The translations under genes and the position numbers were made by a program. Under the pieces are notes generated by a model that saw nothing but the letters and a program-made list of their open reading frames with translations, did no database searches and was not told the origin of the DNA. Positions 56,933 to 64,000 of a DNA stretch of 64,000 nucleotides are shown piece by piece (position 1 is the stretch's first letter; each line of letters begins with the position of its first letter). Source of the stretch: an uncultured Nitrososphaerota archaeon (GTDB taxonomy: Archaea; Korarchaeota; Korarchaeia; Korarchaeales; Korarchaeaceae). The stretch covers positions 1-64,000 of the forward strand of contig CAZQNA010000005.1 of assembly GCA_964594835.1 (NCBI GenBank), read 5' to 3'.

Positions 56933-57262
56933 TCACTCGAGCTCTATCTTGTCCTCCTCGATCCCCCACTCGTTCACGAGTATGTCCTTCACCTTCCTCC
57001 TGTGATCACCCTGGAGGAGTATGTACCCCTCCTTGTAGGTCCCGCCGCAGGCGAGCTTGCTCTTGAGGTCCTTCAGAAGACGCTTCATCATGTCCTTCGG
57101 CAGGTCGAGCCCCTCGATTATGGTGACGAACTTGTGCCTCCTGCGCTCCGCCTTGATCCTGACGATCTGCTGCTCCTTCTCGATCTCCTCCCAGGCAAGA
57201 AGGTCGATCGGGAGTCCGGTGATAGGGTCTCTGAGCCTCTCCCCCTCGATACTCTCTTCCAT
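56933..57262 (-). CDS. sui1: Translation initiation factor aIF1 (SUI1)
   Basis: VTIIEG, LKSKLACGGT and LQGDHR. Confidence 0.93.
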   Translation of the reverse strand: MEESIEGERLRDPITGLPIDLLAWEEIEKEQQIVRIKAERRRHKFVTIIEGLDLPKDMMKRLLKDLKSKLACGGTYKEGYILLQGDHRRKVKDILVNEWGIEEDKIELE

Positions 57263-57376
57263 GACCACTTTCTGGCTGTGCCCACCCGGGCAGAGAATAA
57301 TAAGCTTGACTCACGGACCGACCGCTTGAGCTTTCTCTCCCGCCCCTCGACCCTCGTCCGAGCGCCTGGCGGGCGC

Positions 57377-58099
57377 TCACCTCCCTCCCGCGCGCCGAAT
57401 CTCCCTCAGGATGGGCATCTCCCTGAGGGCCTCATCGGGAAGGAGACCCCACCTCACTCTGAGCGGCTTCGGCCTCCTGGGCGCCCGTATCACCCTGGTC
57501 GGGGTGACGATGACGTCCACGGGCACGTCGTGGTCCGACGCGGGCACGCGGTCCACGACCTGCAGGTCGTGGACCGTCGTCACCACGGGGGTGTCCTCGC
57601 CCACGGCCCCGACCTCACCAAGCACGGCGAACTCCAGGTCCGAGTAGCCGTGGCCCTTCCCCAGCCTCCAGCCCTCTGGGCTGACGGCCACAGATCCCAC
57701 GACCTTCAGGTCGACTCGGATCTCCCAGGGGCTGACGGGCCTCCCGAACCTGAAGGCGCCCCGTATCGTGGCCGCCCTCCTGACCTCCGCGGGCGGTATC
57801 CTCCGAGGGTCGAGGAGGAGGAGCCCCCTCCTGAGCCTGGGGGTGGCCATTATCACGACCTTGCCGTCGGAGAGGGCCATTCGGCGCACCGGGGCCTGAG
57901 GAGAGTCTGGATTGCAGAACACCACCTCGGCGCGCCGGTACTCGGGGAGGCGCCTGAGATTCTCCGCGGCCCTCTCGGCACCCCTGAAGTTCGGGATCCT
58001 CCCCCTGATCGGCCTCGGGAACCTGGCGACCTCCCTCTCCTCGAGCGTCCTCCACACCCACTCTCTCAGGGCGGCCTTCTCCTCCCGCGCCTCGCTCAG
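57377..58099 (-). CDS. 5-formyltetrahydrofolate cyclo-ligase-like protein (MTHFSD-like)
   Basis: GRIPNF, NPDSPQ, TPRL, GKGHGYSDLE and HDVPVD; probable CTG start at 58099. Confidence 0.88.
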   Translation of the reverse strand: MSEAREEKAALREWVWRTLEEREVARFPRPIRGRIPNFRGAERAAENLRRLPEYRRAEVVFCNPDSPQAPVRRMALSDGKVVIMATPRLRRGLLLLDPRRIPPAEVRRAATIRGAFRFGRPVSPWEIRVDLKVVGSVAVSPEGWRLGKGHGYSDLEFAVLGEVGAVGEDTPVVTTVHDLQVVDRVPASDHDVPVDVIVTPTRVIRAPRRPKPLRVRWGLLPDEALREMPILREIRRAGGR

Positions 58100-58677
58100 T
58101 CGAACCAGCCCCCCGAGGGGACGTCGAATTCCCTCAGCTCTTCCGCGAGCCACCCGAACCCCTCGCGGAGTATCGACCGGAGCCAGTCCACGCCCTTTGA
58201 GAGCTCGTCGGCCTCCCTCATGCAGGCCGCTCCGATCTCCCCGGCCCTGCGATACCCGAGGGAGGCGTACCTGGCCCCCTGAGCCGCCGTGGCGAGCAGA
58301 TCGGCGACCCTGGCGACGAGCGCCTCTAGACCCTCTCCCGACTCGAACTCGCCTAGCATGTCGGCGACCTCACCCGGGACGCCGAGGAGAGAGGCGGCCT
58401 CCCCCTCCATCCGCGAGCACCTGCCCTTCGTCCAGGGGGGCAGGTCGCCGGTCACGGCCTCCCCGAGGTCGTGCACGACCGCGATGGCGGCCGCCCTCTC
58501 GGGGCTGACCCGAACCCCGAGGGCGCGGGCCTCGGCCGCGATGGCGAGCGCGATGACGGAGGCCTCAAACGAGTGGGCAGCCACGGTCTCTCCCATCGCG
58601 TGAGGAACGGCAGACTGGGACCACCCGGTCCTGACCAGCGACTTCAGGGCTCCGACCGCCTCCAGTAGCCTCCTCAT
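58096..58677 (-). CDS. HD-domain phosphohydrolase (YfbR-like)
   Basis: LKSLVRTGW, ETVAAHS, HDLGEAVTGD and ADLL. Confidence 0.88.
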   Translation of the reverse strand: MRRLLEAVGALKSLVRTGWSQSAVPHAMGETVAAHSFEASVIALAIAAEARALGVRVSPERAAAIAVVHDLGEAVTGDLPPWTKGRCSRMEGEAASLLGVPGEVADMLGEFESGEGLEALVARVADLLATAAQGARYASLGYRRAGEIGAACMREADELSKGVDWLRSILREGFGWLAEELREFDVPSGGWFD

Positions 58678-58730
58678 CCCGACCCACCGCCGCCCCTGAA
58701 ATTTAAACGGAGATCGGGCGCGGCGGGCGA

Positions 58731-59306
58731 GTGCGGAGTCCGTCGCGGCCCGTCCACATCACCCTCCACCCGCTCGTCGATCCGATTACGAGGCTGGCTC
58801 CGCCCTCCTGGCTGGTGGATTTCCTGGCCAGGAACATCCCGAGGGCCCTTGATTTCACCGAGGTCTCTGTGGGAACGTCTCTAGTAGCTCCAGAGTCGGC
58901 CTACGATGGCCACAGACGTCAGTACGTGTCCAGCCGCGTGCTCGACTTCCTGAGGAGGAGGGCGAGGGTCGGGGAGCCCTACGGAAAGGCGCTGGGGATC
59001 ATGCCATCGGACGCCTACGATGGATCCCTGAACTTCGTCTTCGGTCAGGCCGAGCTGGGCGGAACCTACGCCGTGATCTACCTGGGTCGCCTGTCCTCAG
59101 GGGCCGACTCCAGGCTACTCGCCATCAGGTCCCTGAAGGAGGCGGTACACGAGCTGGGACACACCGTTGGGCTCCCCCACTGCGACGATCCGACGTGCGT
59201 CATGAGCTTCAGCAACTCGCTCTCGGACGTGGACAGGAAGGGCTGGAGGCTCTGCCCGAGGTGCTTGAGGGCCGCGTCCGAGTGGGCGTCCGCGATCAGG
59301 GGGTGA
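58731..59306 (+). CDS. amzA: Archaemetzincin zinc metalloprotease
   Basis: LNFVFG and HELGHTVGLPHC...CVMSFS...LCPRC. Confidence 0.92.
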   Translation: MRSPSRPVHITLHPLVDPITRLAPPSWLVDFLARNIPRALDFTEVSVGTSLVAPESAYDGHRRQYVSSRVLDFLRRRARVGEPYGKALGIMPSDAYDGSLNFVFGQAELGGTYAVIYLGRLSSGADSRLLAIRSLKEAVHELGHTVGLPHCDDPTCVMSFSNSLSDVDRKGWRLCPRCLRAASEWASAIRG

Positions 59307-59581
59307 GGGAGGTGGGGAGCCTGAGGGAGGCTGTGGAGCGTCTCTCCGGAGACTACTCCCTCCCGCTCACCGAGGCCGTCAGGAGGGTCCTGTCGGCCCT
59401 CTCCCGCGGGGACTCCCGGCTGGAGGTGGTCATCGAGGCTCCGGGCCTGAGGGTCAGGCTGAGGCCCGCTGGGAGCAGGAGGGTCGGGTCGATAGAGATC
59501 CCCAGGACGGTAGTAGAGGCCGAGGGCGACCTGGGGGACCTGGAGGTCGTCAGGAGGTCCCTGATGCTCGGCGGCGGCTGA
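59303..59581 (+). CDS. Small protein ending in GGG (DUF1952-like)
   Basis: GTGA overlap with the amzA stop; RVGSIEIP..EAEGD..LMLGGG*. Confidence 0.55.
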   Translation: MREVGSLREAVERLSGDYSLPLTEAVRRVLSALSRGDSRLEVVIEAPGLRVRLRPAGSRRVGSIEIPRTVVEAEGDLGDLEVVRRSLMLGGG

Positions 59582-60968
59582 CCCCCCTGAGGAGCGCCCT
59601 GACCTCCGGCATGACGTCGTCCCTGAGCCACTCCCACATTATCTCCCGCCTGAGGGACCTGTGGGTCGGGTAAGACCCGGGCTCGAGCCTCATCGCCTCG
59701 AGCGCCCTCTCGACCCCGCCCCCCGAGGAGGCCACCCTCAGGAGGACCTCGATCCTCGGGGAGTCAACAAGCAGGACGCCGGACTCCCTGGCCTCCTCCA
59801 GGGCCTCGTCATCGAGGTCTTCCATCCTCCCCACGAAGAAGAGCGCGGGGGTGACCTTCAGCCCGGTCGCGTACGAGAGGTCCTCCGCCCTCGAGCCCAG
59901 GATGGCCACCTTCTCCGGCCTCGGCGGGGCGACCGTGCACTCGACCAGCAGGACCCCCTCCCCGGCGACGGCCACCACGTCGGGCGAGTCGGAGGGCATG
60001 TACCCGAGCCAGACTGGGTCGAACCCCAGGACGTAGAGCAGGGAGAACACCGCGAACTCGAAGTTCCTCCCGTCCATGCCGTCCGCCTGCCTGAGCCAAG
60101 TCCTCAGCCTCCTGAGACCCCTGTCGAAGTGGCTGTAGACGGCCATCCGGGGCCCCGAGAGTATCCTCCTCGGGATCAGCGGCGCCTCGTCCACGGGCGT
60201 CCCGTCGAGGGTCAGGACCGCCGACCCGCCGAGGGAGCCGGCGAGCTCGACCGTGGCCTTGGACCTCACCAGAGAGCCCACCCTCGCCGTCTCCCTCAAC
60301 TCTATCCCTTCCCTCGCCTCCTCGGCAGCCTCCCCCCTCAGCGCCGGGAGGAGGGATATCCTGTCGGAGAGCTCCTCGTGGTGGATGACCGTGACGACGG
60401 CCCCCCTCCCGTGTAGCTTGACGTCGGATATCCCGGCGAATATGGGCAGGAGAAACCTGAAGTAGCCCCTCCCCGGCGTCCAGGCCGGGACCCCCTCGGG
60501 CAGGGTAACCTCCTGCCTCACAAGCGAGTCGAGGTCTTCGTAGGCCCTCCCCTCCAGGACGAGGGGTCCGACCTCCTCCGGGGGCCTCGCCGAGGTCGAG
60601 ATCTCTCCGACGGCCAGGGGAAAGGGAAACGCCCACACCTCAGCCTCCAGCCAGGGGGGCCTCCGAGACGCGCTCGCGTCCATGGGCCTGAGGCCCACCC
60701 TGGCGCCCGCCACGCTCATCACCCCGGAGGCCGCGGACTCCATCAGCCCCTCCAACACCCCGGGGCCCGTGACCTCCTTGATCAGGACCAGGGACTCCCC
60801 CAGCCTGACCTTCTCCCTCCTCCTAGCCTTCTTGGAGGGCAGCGGGAGGGCCCTGCCGGTGATCAGCTCTAGGGACGACCCCCTCCTCGAGGCGAGCAGC
60901 CTGACGTCGAGGGCCAGGTAGGTCTCCTCCAGGCTGTCCATCAGCGAGTGGAGGTCACTCCAGTTCAA
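59550..60968 (-). CDS. Hypothetical protein with C-terminal PD-(D/E)xK restriction-endonuclease-like domain
   Basis: FEFAVFSLLYVLGF..SPDVVAV..LLVECT; TTG start at 60968 overlapping the udg 3' end. Confidence 0.6.
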   Translation of the reverse strand: MNWSDLHSLMDSLEETYLALDVRLLASRRGSSLELITGRALPLPSKKARRREKVRLGESLVLIKEVTGPGVLEGLMESAASGVMSVAGARVGLRPMDASASRRPPWLEAEVWAFPFPLAVGEISTSARPPEEVGPLVLEGRAYEDLDSLVRQEVTLPEGVPAWTPGRGYFRFLLPIFAGISDVKLHGRGAVVTVIHHEELSDRISLLPALRGEAAEEAREGIELRETARVGSLVRSKATVELAGSLGGSAVLTLDGTPVDEAPLIPRRILSGPRMAVYSHFDRGLRRLRTWLRQADGMDGRNFEFAVFSLLYVLGFDPVWLGYMPSDSPDVVAVAGEGVLLVECTVAPPRPEKVAILGSRAEDLSYATGLKVTPALFFVGRMEDLDDEALEEARESGVLLVDSPRIEVLLRVASSGGGVERALEAMRLEPGSYPTHRSLRREIMWEWLRDDVMPEVRALLRGVSRRRASGTS

Positions 60969-61566
60969 GCGCTCCCTCAAGTCCCATTCCCCGCGACAAA
61001 CGGGAGGCAAGCTTCACGTCCTCCTCCAGGAGGGGCCTCAGCCTGGGGTTGTAGAGGCAGGCCGCGGGGTGGACCGTGGGCACCACCGTGACCTCGAGAC
61101 CCAGGATCTCGACTCGTCGGGGCCTACCCCTGGTCGCCATGATGGACCTGAACGGGAGCCCCGCCCAAGAGAACACCAGGGACGTGCTGTGCCTCCCCAG
61201 GGTCAGGATGACCCTCGGGGATATAACCCTAACCTGAGCCTCCAGGTAGGGGGAGCAGGCCCGCACCTCCTCGGGCCTGGGGTCTCGATTGTTCGGCGGC
61301 CTGCACTTCACCACGTTGGTGATGAAGACGTCTTCCCTCGCGAGTCCCGCCCGAGAGAGGGTCTCGTCCAGGATCTTCCCGGCCTGTCCCACGAAGGGCC
61401 TGCCGAGCTCGTCCTCCATCCTCCCGGGGGCCTCTCCTATCAGCATCAGCCTGGCCCTGGGATTCCCTTCCCCGGGAACTGGATTCTTCCTGAGCCGGTG
61501 GAGGTCGCAGAGCCTGCAAGCCGCTATCCTCTCGGCGATCTCCTCCAGGGTCTGGGGATCCCCCAT
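60955..61566 (-). CDS. udg: Uracil-DNA glycosylase, family 4
   Basis: C..C Fe-S motif, GEAPG..ED..GRPFVG, NVVKCRPPNNR and HPAA. Confidence 0.93.
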   Translation of the reverse strand: MGDPQTLEEIAERIAACRLCDLHRLRKNPVPGEGNPRARLMLIGEAPGRMEDELGRPFVGQAGKILDETLSRAGLAREDVFITNVVKCRPPNNRDPRPEEVRACSPYLEAQVRVISPRVILTLGRHSTSLVFSWAGLPFRSIMATRGRPRRVEILGLEVTVVPTVHPAACLYNPRLRPLLEEDVKLASRLSRGMGLEGALELE

Positions 61567-61680
61567 TCGCTTTCAGGACTCTCCCTCGCGGTAGCCAGCT
61601 TAATATCGTACCTGGTGGAGAGAGGCCCGATCGATTCGATCGCCCAAACGCTGTCGCCGAGGTACAGGGGAGGTCCGCAC

Positions 61681-62469
61681 TTGAGGGTTGCCACGCTCAG
61701 GGACATCAGGCGCGCGCTCGACGACGTTCGCATCGTCGTGGAGGTGGTCGACGCCCGCGCCCCCGACGTCACGAGGCACGTCAGGCTCGAGGAGATGACT
61801 TCGCAGGCGGGAAAGAGGCTTCTGGTCGTGTTGAACAAGTCGGACCTCGTGCCGGAAGAAGTCCTCTGGGGCTGGGTGGACGCGCTGAGGGCCGAGGGGC
61901 TCAGGGTGCTCCCCGCGAGCGCCGCGAAGAGGTTGGGCACGCTGAGGCTGAGGAGGGAGTTGGCCCGTCTCGCCCCCGAGAGGCCCTCTCGGGTGCTCGT
62001 CGTGGGCTTTCCCAAGGTGGGGAAGAGCTCGATCATCAACGTGCTCAAGGGGAGGAGATCGGCCAGCGTGAGCGCCGTCCCCGGAAGTTCAGGATACACG
62101 AGGCACTTTCAGCTCTTTAGGATAGGGGGCGGGCTCTACCTAGTGGACTCCCCCGGGGTACTCCCCCCGGAGGGGACCCCCCTGGAGATGGTGCTGAGGG
62201 GCGCCAAGCCCGAGGCCCTTCGGAATCCCGTGGAGGCCGCCGCTGCCCTCCTCGCGGACGTGATGGAGAGGATCCCCGGAGAGGTGTCCAGGGTCTACGG
62301 GGTGAGGGAGGGTGATCCGGCGGAGGTCCTCGCGGAGATAGCCAGGAGGAGGAACCTGGTGTTCTCAAGTACCGGGGAGCCCAACCTGACGGAGGCCGCC
62401 AGGCAGGTGGTCAGGGACTACCACCTCCAGAGGATCAGGTACTACCGGGCGCCTCCAACATCGTCGTGA
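61681..62469 (+). CDS. Circularly permuted ribosome-biogenesis GTPase (RbgA/YlqF family)
   Basis: VDAR, NKSDL (G4) before GFPKVGKSS (G1) and DSPG (G3); TTG start at 61681 after GGAGG. Confidence 0.9.
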   Translation: MRVATLRDIRRALDDVRIVVEVVDARAPDVTRHVRLEEMTSQAGKRLLVVLNKSDLVPEEVLWGWVDALRAEGLRVLPASAAKRLGTLRLRRELARLAPERPSRVLVVGFPKVGKSSIINVLKGRRSASVSAVPGSSGYTRHFQLFRIGGGLYLVDSPGVLPPEGTPLEMVLRGAKPEALRNPVEAAAALLADVMERIPGEVSRVYGVREGDPAEVLAEIARRRNLVFSSTGEPNLTEAARQVVRDYHLQRIRYYRAPPTSS

Positions 62470-62636
62470 TTCGTCGACTGAAGGGGCGCCTCCGCCCTAG
62501 GCTCTGACCTTTGAACGTGACTCGAAGATGCTGAACCGGAGCGACACCTCGTGTAAAATGGGCCGAAGGGCTCCAGAGCGGAGGAAACGCATGCTAACTT
62601 AAAAGCAGAAAGCAGGGAAGGAGAAGCGCGTATAGA

Positions 62637-63026
62637 ATGTGGAGGCTCGTCTCCACTTCGAAATTCCGAAAGAGGCTCAGCAAACTTGACCCTTCGGTGA
62701 TCAGGGATATTTTGAGGAATATTGAGGAGTCTGGGTTGGAGCGTGACCCCCAGGTTGGGAAGAGGCTGAAGGGCTCCTTTCCGGTAGACACCCCGATGGG
62801 CCGAGTTGAGGTTCCAGTCTGGGAGCTGAAGGTTGGTCCCAGAAGGGCCTACAGGATATTTTACATGTTTAGCGAGCGCGATAACACCATCTACCTGTTG
62901 GACATCCGACACAGGAAGAGGGGGTTCAAGGGAATGAGATTCAGGGTTCCCTCAGCCCTCTTCGGGCTTCTTGAGTTTCTCCGCCTCCTCTTCCGTCAGC
63001 TTTCCCTCTTTGACCAACTCGTCTAG
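62637..63026 (+). CDS. RelE/ParE-family toxin
   Basis: FRKRLSKLD, GKRLKG, ELKVG..YRIFY and LLDIRHRK; TATA-like CTTAAAAG at about 62598-62605. Confidence 0.75.
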   Translation: MWRLVSTSKFRKRLSKLDPSVIRDILRNIEESGLERDPQVGKRLKGSFPVDTPMGRVEVPVWELKVGPRRAYRIFYMFSERDNTIYLLDIRHRKRGFKGMRFRVPSALFGLLEFLRLLFRQLSLFDQLV

Positions 63027-63176
63027 AAGCTCGTTGAAACTCACCGTCCTGCCCATTATAACGTCCATTATAGCTTCCTTGATGGATTCCACATCTTCTG
63101 GGGTCAGCTCGTCCGCCTCTGGATTGCCCTCGTAGCTTACCGTGATGTTGGGCTTCACCTTGGCCTTGGTGGGCAT
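62952..63176 (-). CDS. Small acidic putative antitoxin
   Basis: 74 aa; ELTPEDVESIKEAIMDVIMGRTVSFNELLDEL resembles the toxin-binding tail of archaeal RelB-type antitoxins; own TATA-like box at about 63203-63210. Confidence 0.55.
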   Translation of the reverse strand: MPTKAKVKPNITVSYEGNPEADELTPEDVESIKEAIMDVIMGRTVSFNELLDELVKEGKLTEEEAEKLKKPEEG

Positions 63177-63252
63177 TGTCCAACAGTTAGTCGGTCTCCA
63201 AGAATTTAAGCGTGGACTCCCGACATCCTGAGAGCCAAGCTCGACGGACGCA

Positions 63253-64000
63253 TCACTTCTCATCTGAAAGGACCCTTAGTTGCTCCCTGTACATCTCAAC
63301 GATCTCCTTCTCGGTGGTCGCGTCCTGAGGCGACTTGTCGTCCCTCCACCTACCGGTGAACCTCGGGAACCTGATGGCCAGACCCGCGTCCGCCTTCACC
63401 TTGCCCCAGGCGCACGTGTGCACCGGGCTCAGCGTGATCTCGTCTCCTATGACCTCCAGGACCTTGGCCGGGACGAACCAGACGTCGGCCTCTATGTTGC
63501 TGACCACGCTGGGGTGCCTGTGATCGATCACGTACTCCCTGAAGATCTCCGGGAGCTGGGCGAGCTGCTCGTCCGTGAAGCCCGTGCCCATCTTGCAGAC
63601 CGTCTTGAAGGCGTCGGTCTCCGGGTCATACACCGCGAGGAGCAGGGCGCCGTACGTCCCCGCCCTCTTGCCCCTGCCCCAGAACGCCCCCACCGCCACC
63701 AGGTCGACGGGCTCTATCATCTTGCTGACGTAGCTTCTCTTGTACTTCACCCAGCTCCAGCCCCTGACGCCCGCCTGGTACCTCGAGGACGGGTCCTTGA
63801 TCATCAGGCCCTCGGTGCCCCTCTCGACGGCCAGCTCGAGCCTCTTCTCAAGCTCGTCCGCGGTCCACTCCCTGATCCACCCCTCGGCCAGCCTCACGCG
63901 GTCGCTCTCCTCTATCACGTGCTCCAGGAGCTTCCTCCTCTCCTCCAGCGGCCTGTCGATCAGCTCCTCCCCGTTCAGGTAGAGGAGATCGAAGAGGAAC
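63253..64000 (-). CDS. lig: ATP-dependent DNA ligase (5' part outside window)
   Basis: FDLLY, EGLMIK, WVKYK, GTGF and IRFPRF..WRDDK. Confidence 0.95.
   Translation of the reverse strand, partial: FLFDLLYLNGEELIDRPLEERRKLLEHVIEESDRVRLAEGWIREWTADELEKRLELAVERGTEGLMIKDPSSRYQAGVRGWSWVKYKRSYVSKMIEPVDLVAVGAFWGRGKRAGTYGALLLAVYDPETDAFKTVCKMGTGFTDEQLAQLPEIFREYVIDHRHPSVVSNIEADVWFVPAKVLEVIGDEITLSPVHTCAWGKVKADAGLAIRFPRFTGRWRDDKSPQDATTEKEIVEMYREQLRVLSDEK

Noticed and set aside
61069-61680. Apparent N-terminal extension of the GTPase
   Set aside because: Mostly antisense to udg; the SD supports the TTG at 61681.

Overview
A gene-dense, GC-rich archaeal chromosome segment. Archaeal signs are TATA-like TTTAA boxes, GGTGA/GAGG Shine-Dalgarno (SD) sites, AGG/ATA codons, aIF1, ATP-dependent ligase, IorAB, ACD and a KaiC-like ATPase. 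SMC-ScpAB, an FtsZ/tubulin-superfamily gene and peptide fermentation together are compatible with a Korarchaeia-like lineage, which is inference only. Most of the window covers peptide and amino-acid uptake and fermentation (two Opp/Dpp ABC operons, M20 peptidases, aminotransferase, IorAB, two ACD alpha subunits, carbamate kinase) plus housekeeping genes. I saw no CRISPR array, tRNA, rRNA or transposase. Most notable: (1) a co-directional cluster at 46981-54340 of a membrane-anchored wHTH protein, an unusually short SMC, ScpA, ScpB, a long coiled-coil/wHTH/Pro-rich protein and an FtsZ-superfamily GTPase with tubulin-like motifs, a candidate condensin-plus-cytoskeleton segregation module; (2) a four-gene operon at 14532-17448 of a Zn-finger protein, two paralogous degenerate methyltransferase-fold proteins and a Rab-like small GTPase; (3) apparent repeated use of CTG start codons; (4) a lower-GC SatD/DUF3307 cassette with an upstream inverted repeat; (5) a convergent, 3'-overlapping RelE-type toxin/antitoxin pair. 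All annotations come from motif recognition by eye; no searches were run.
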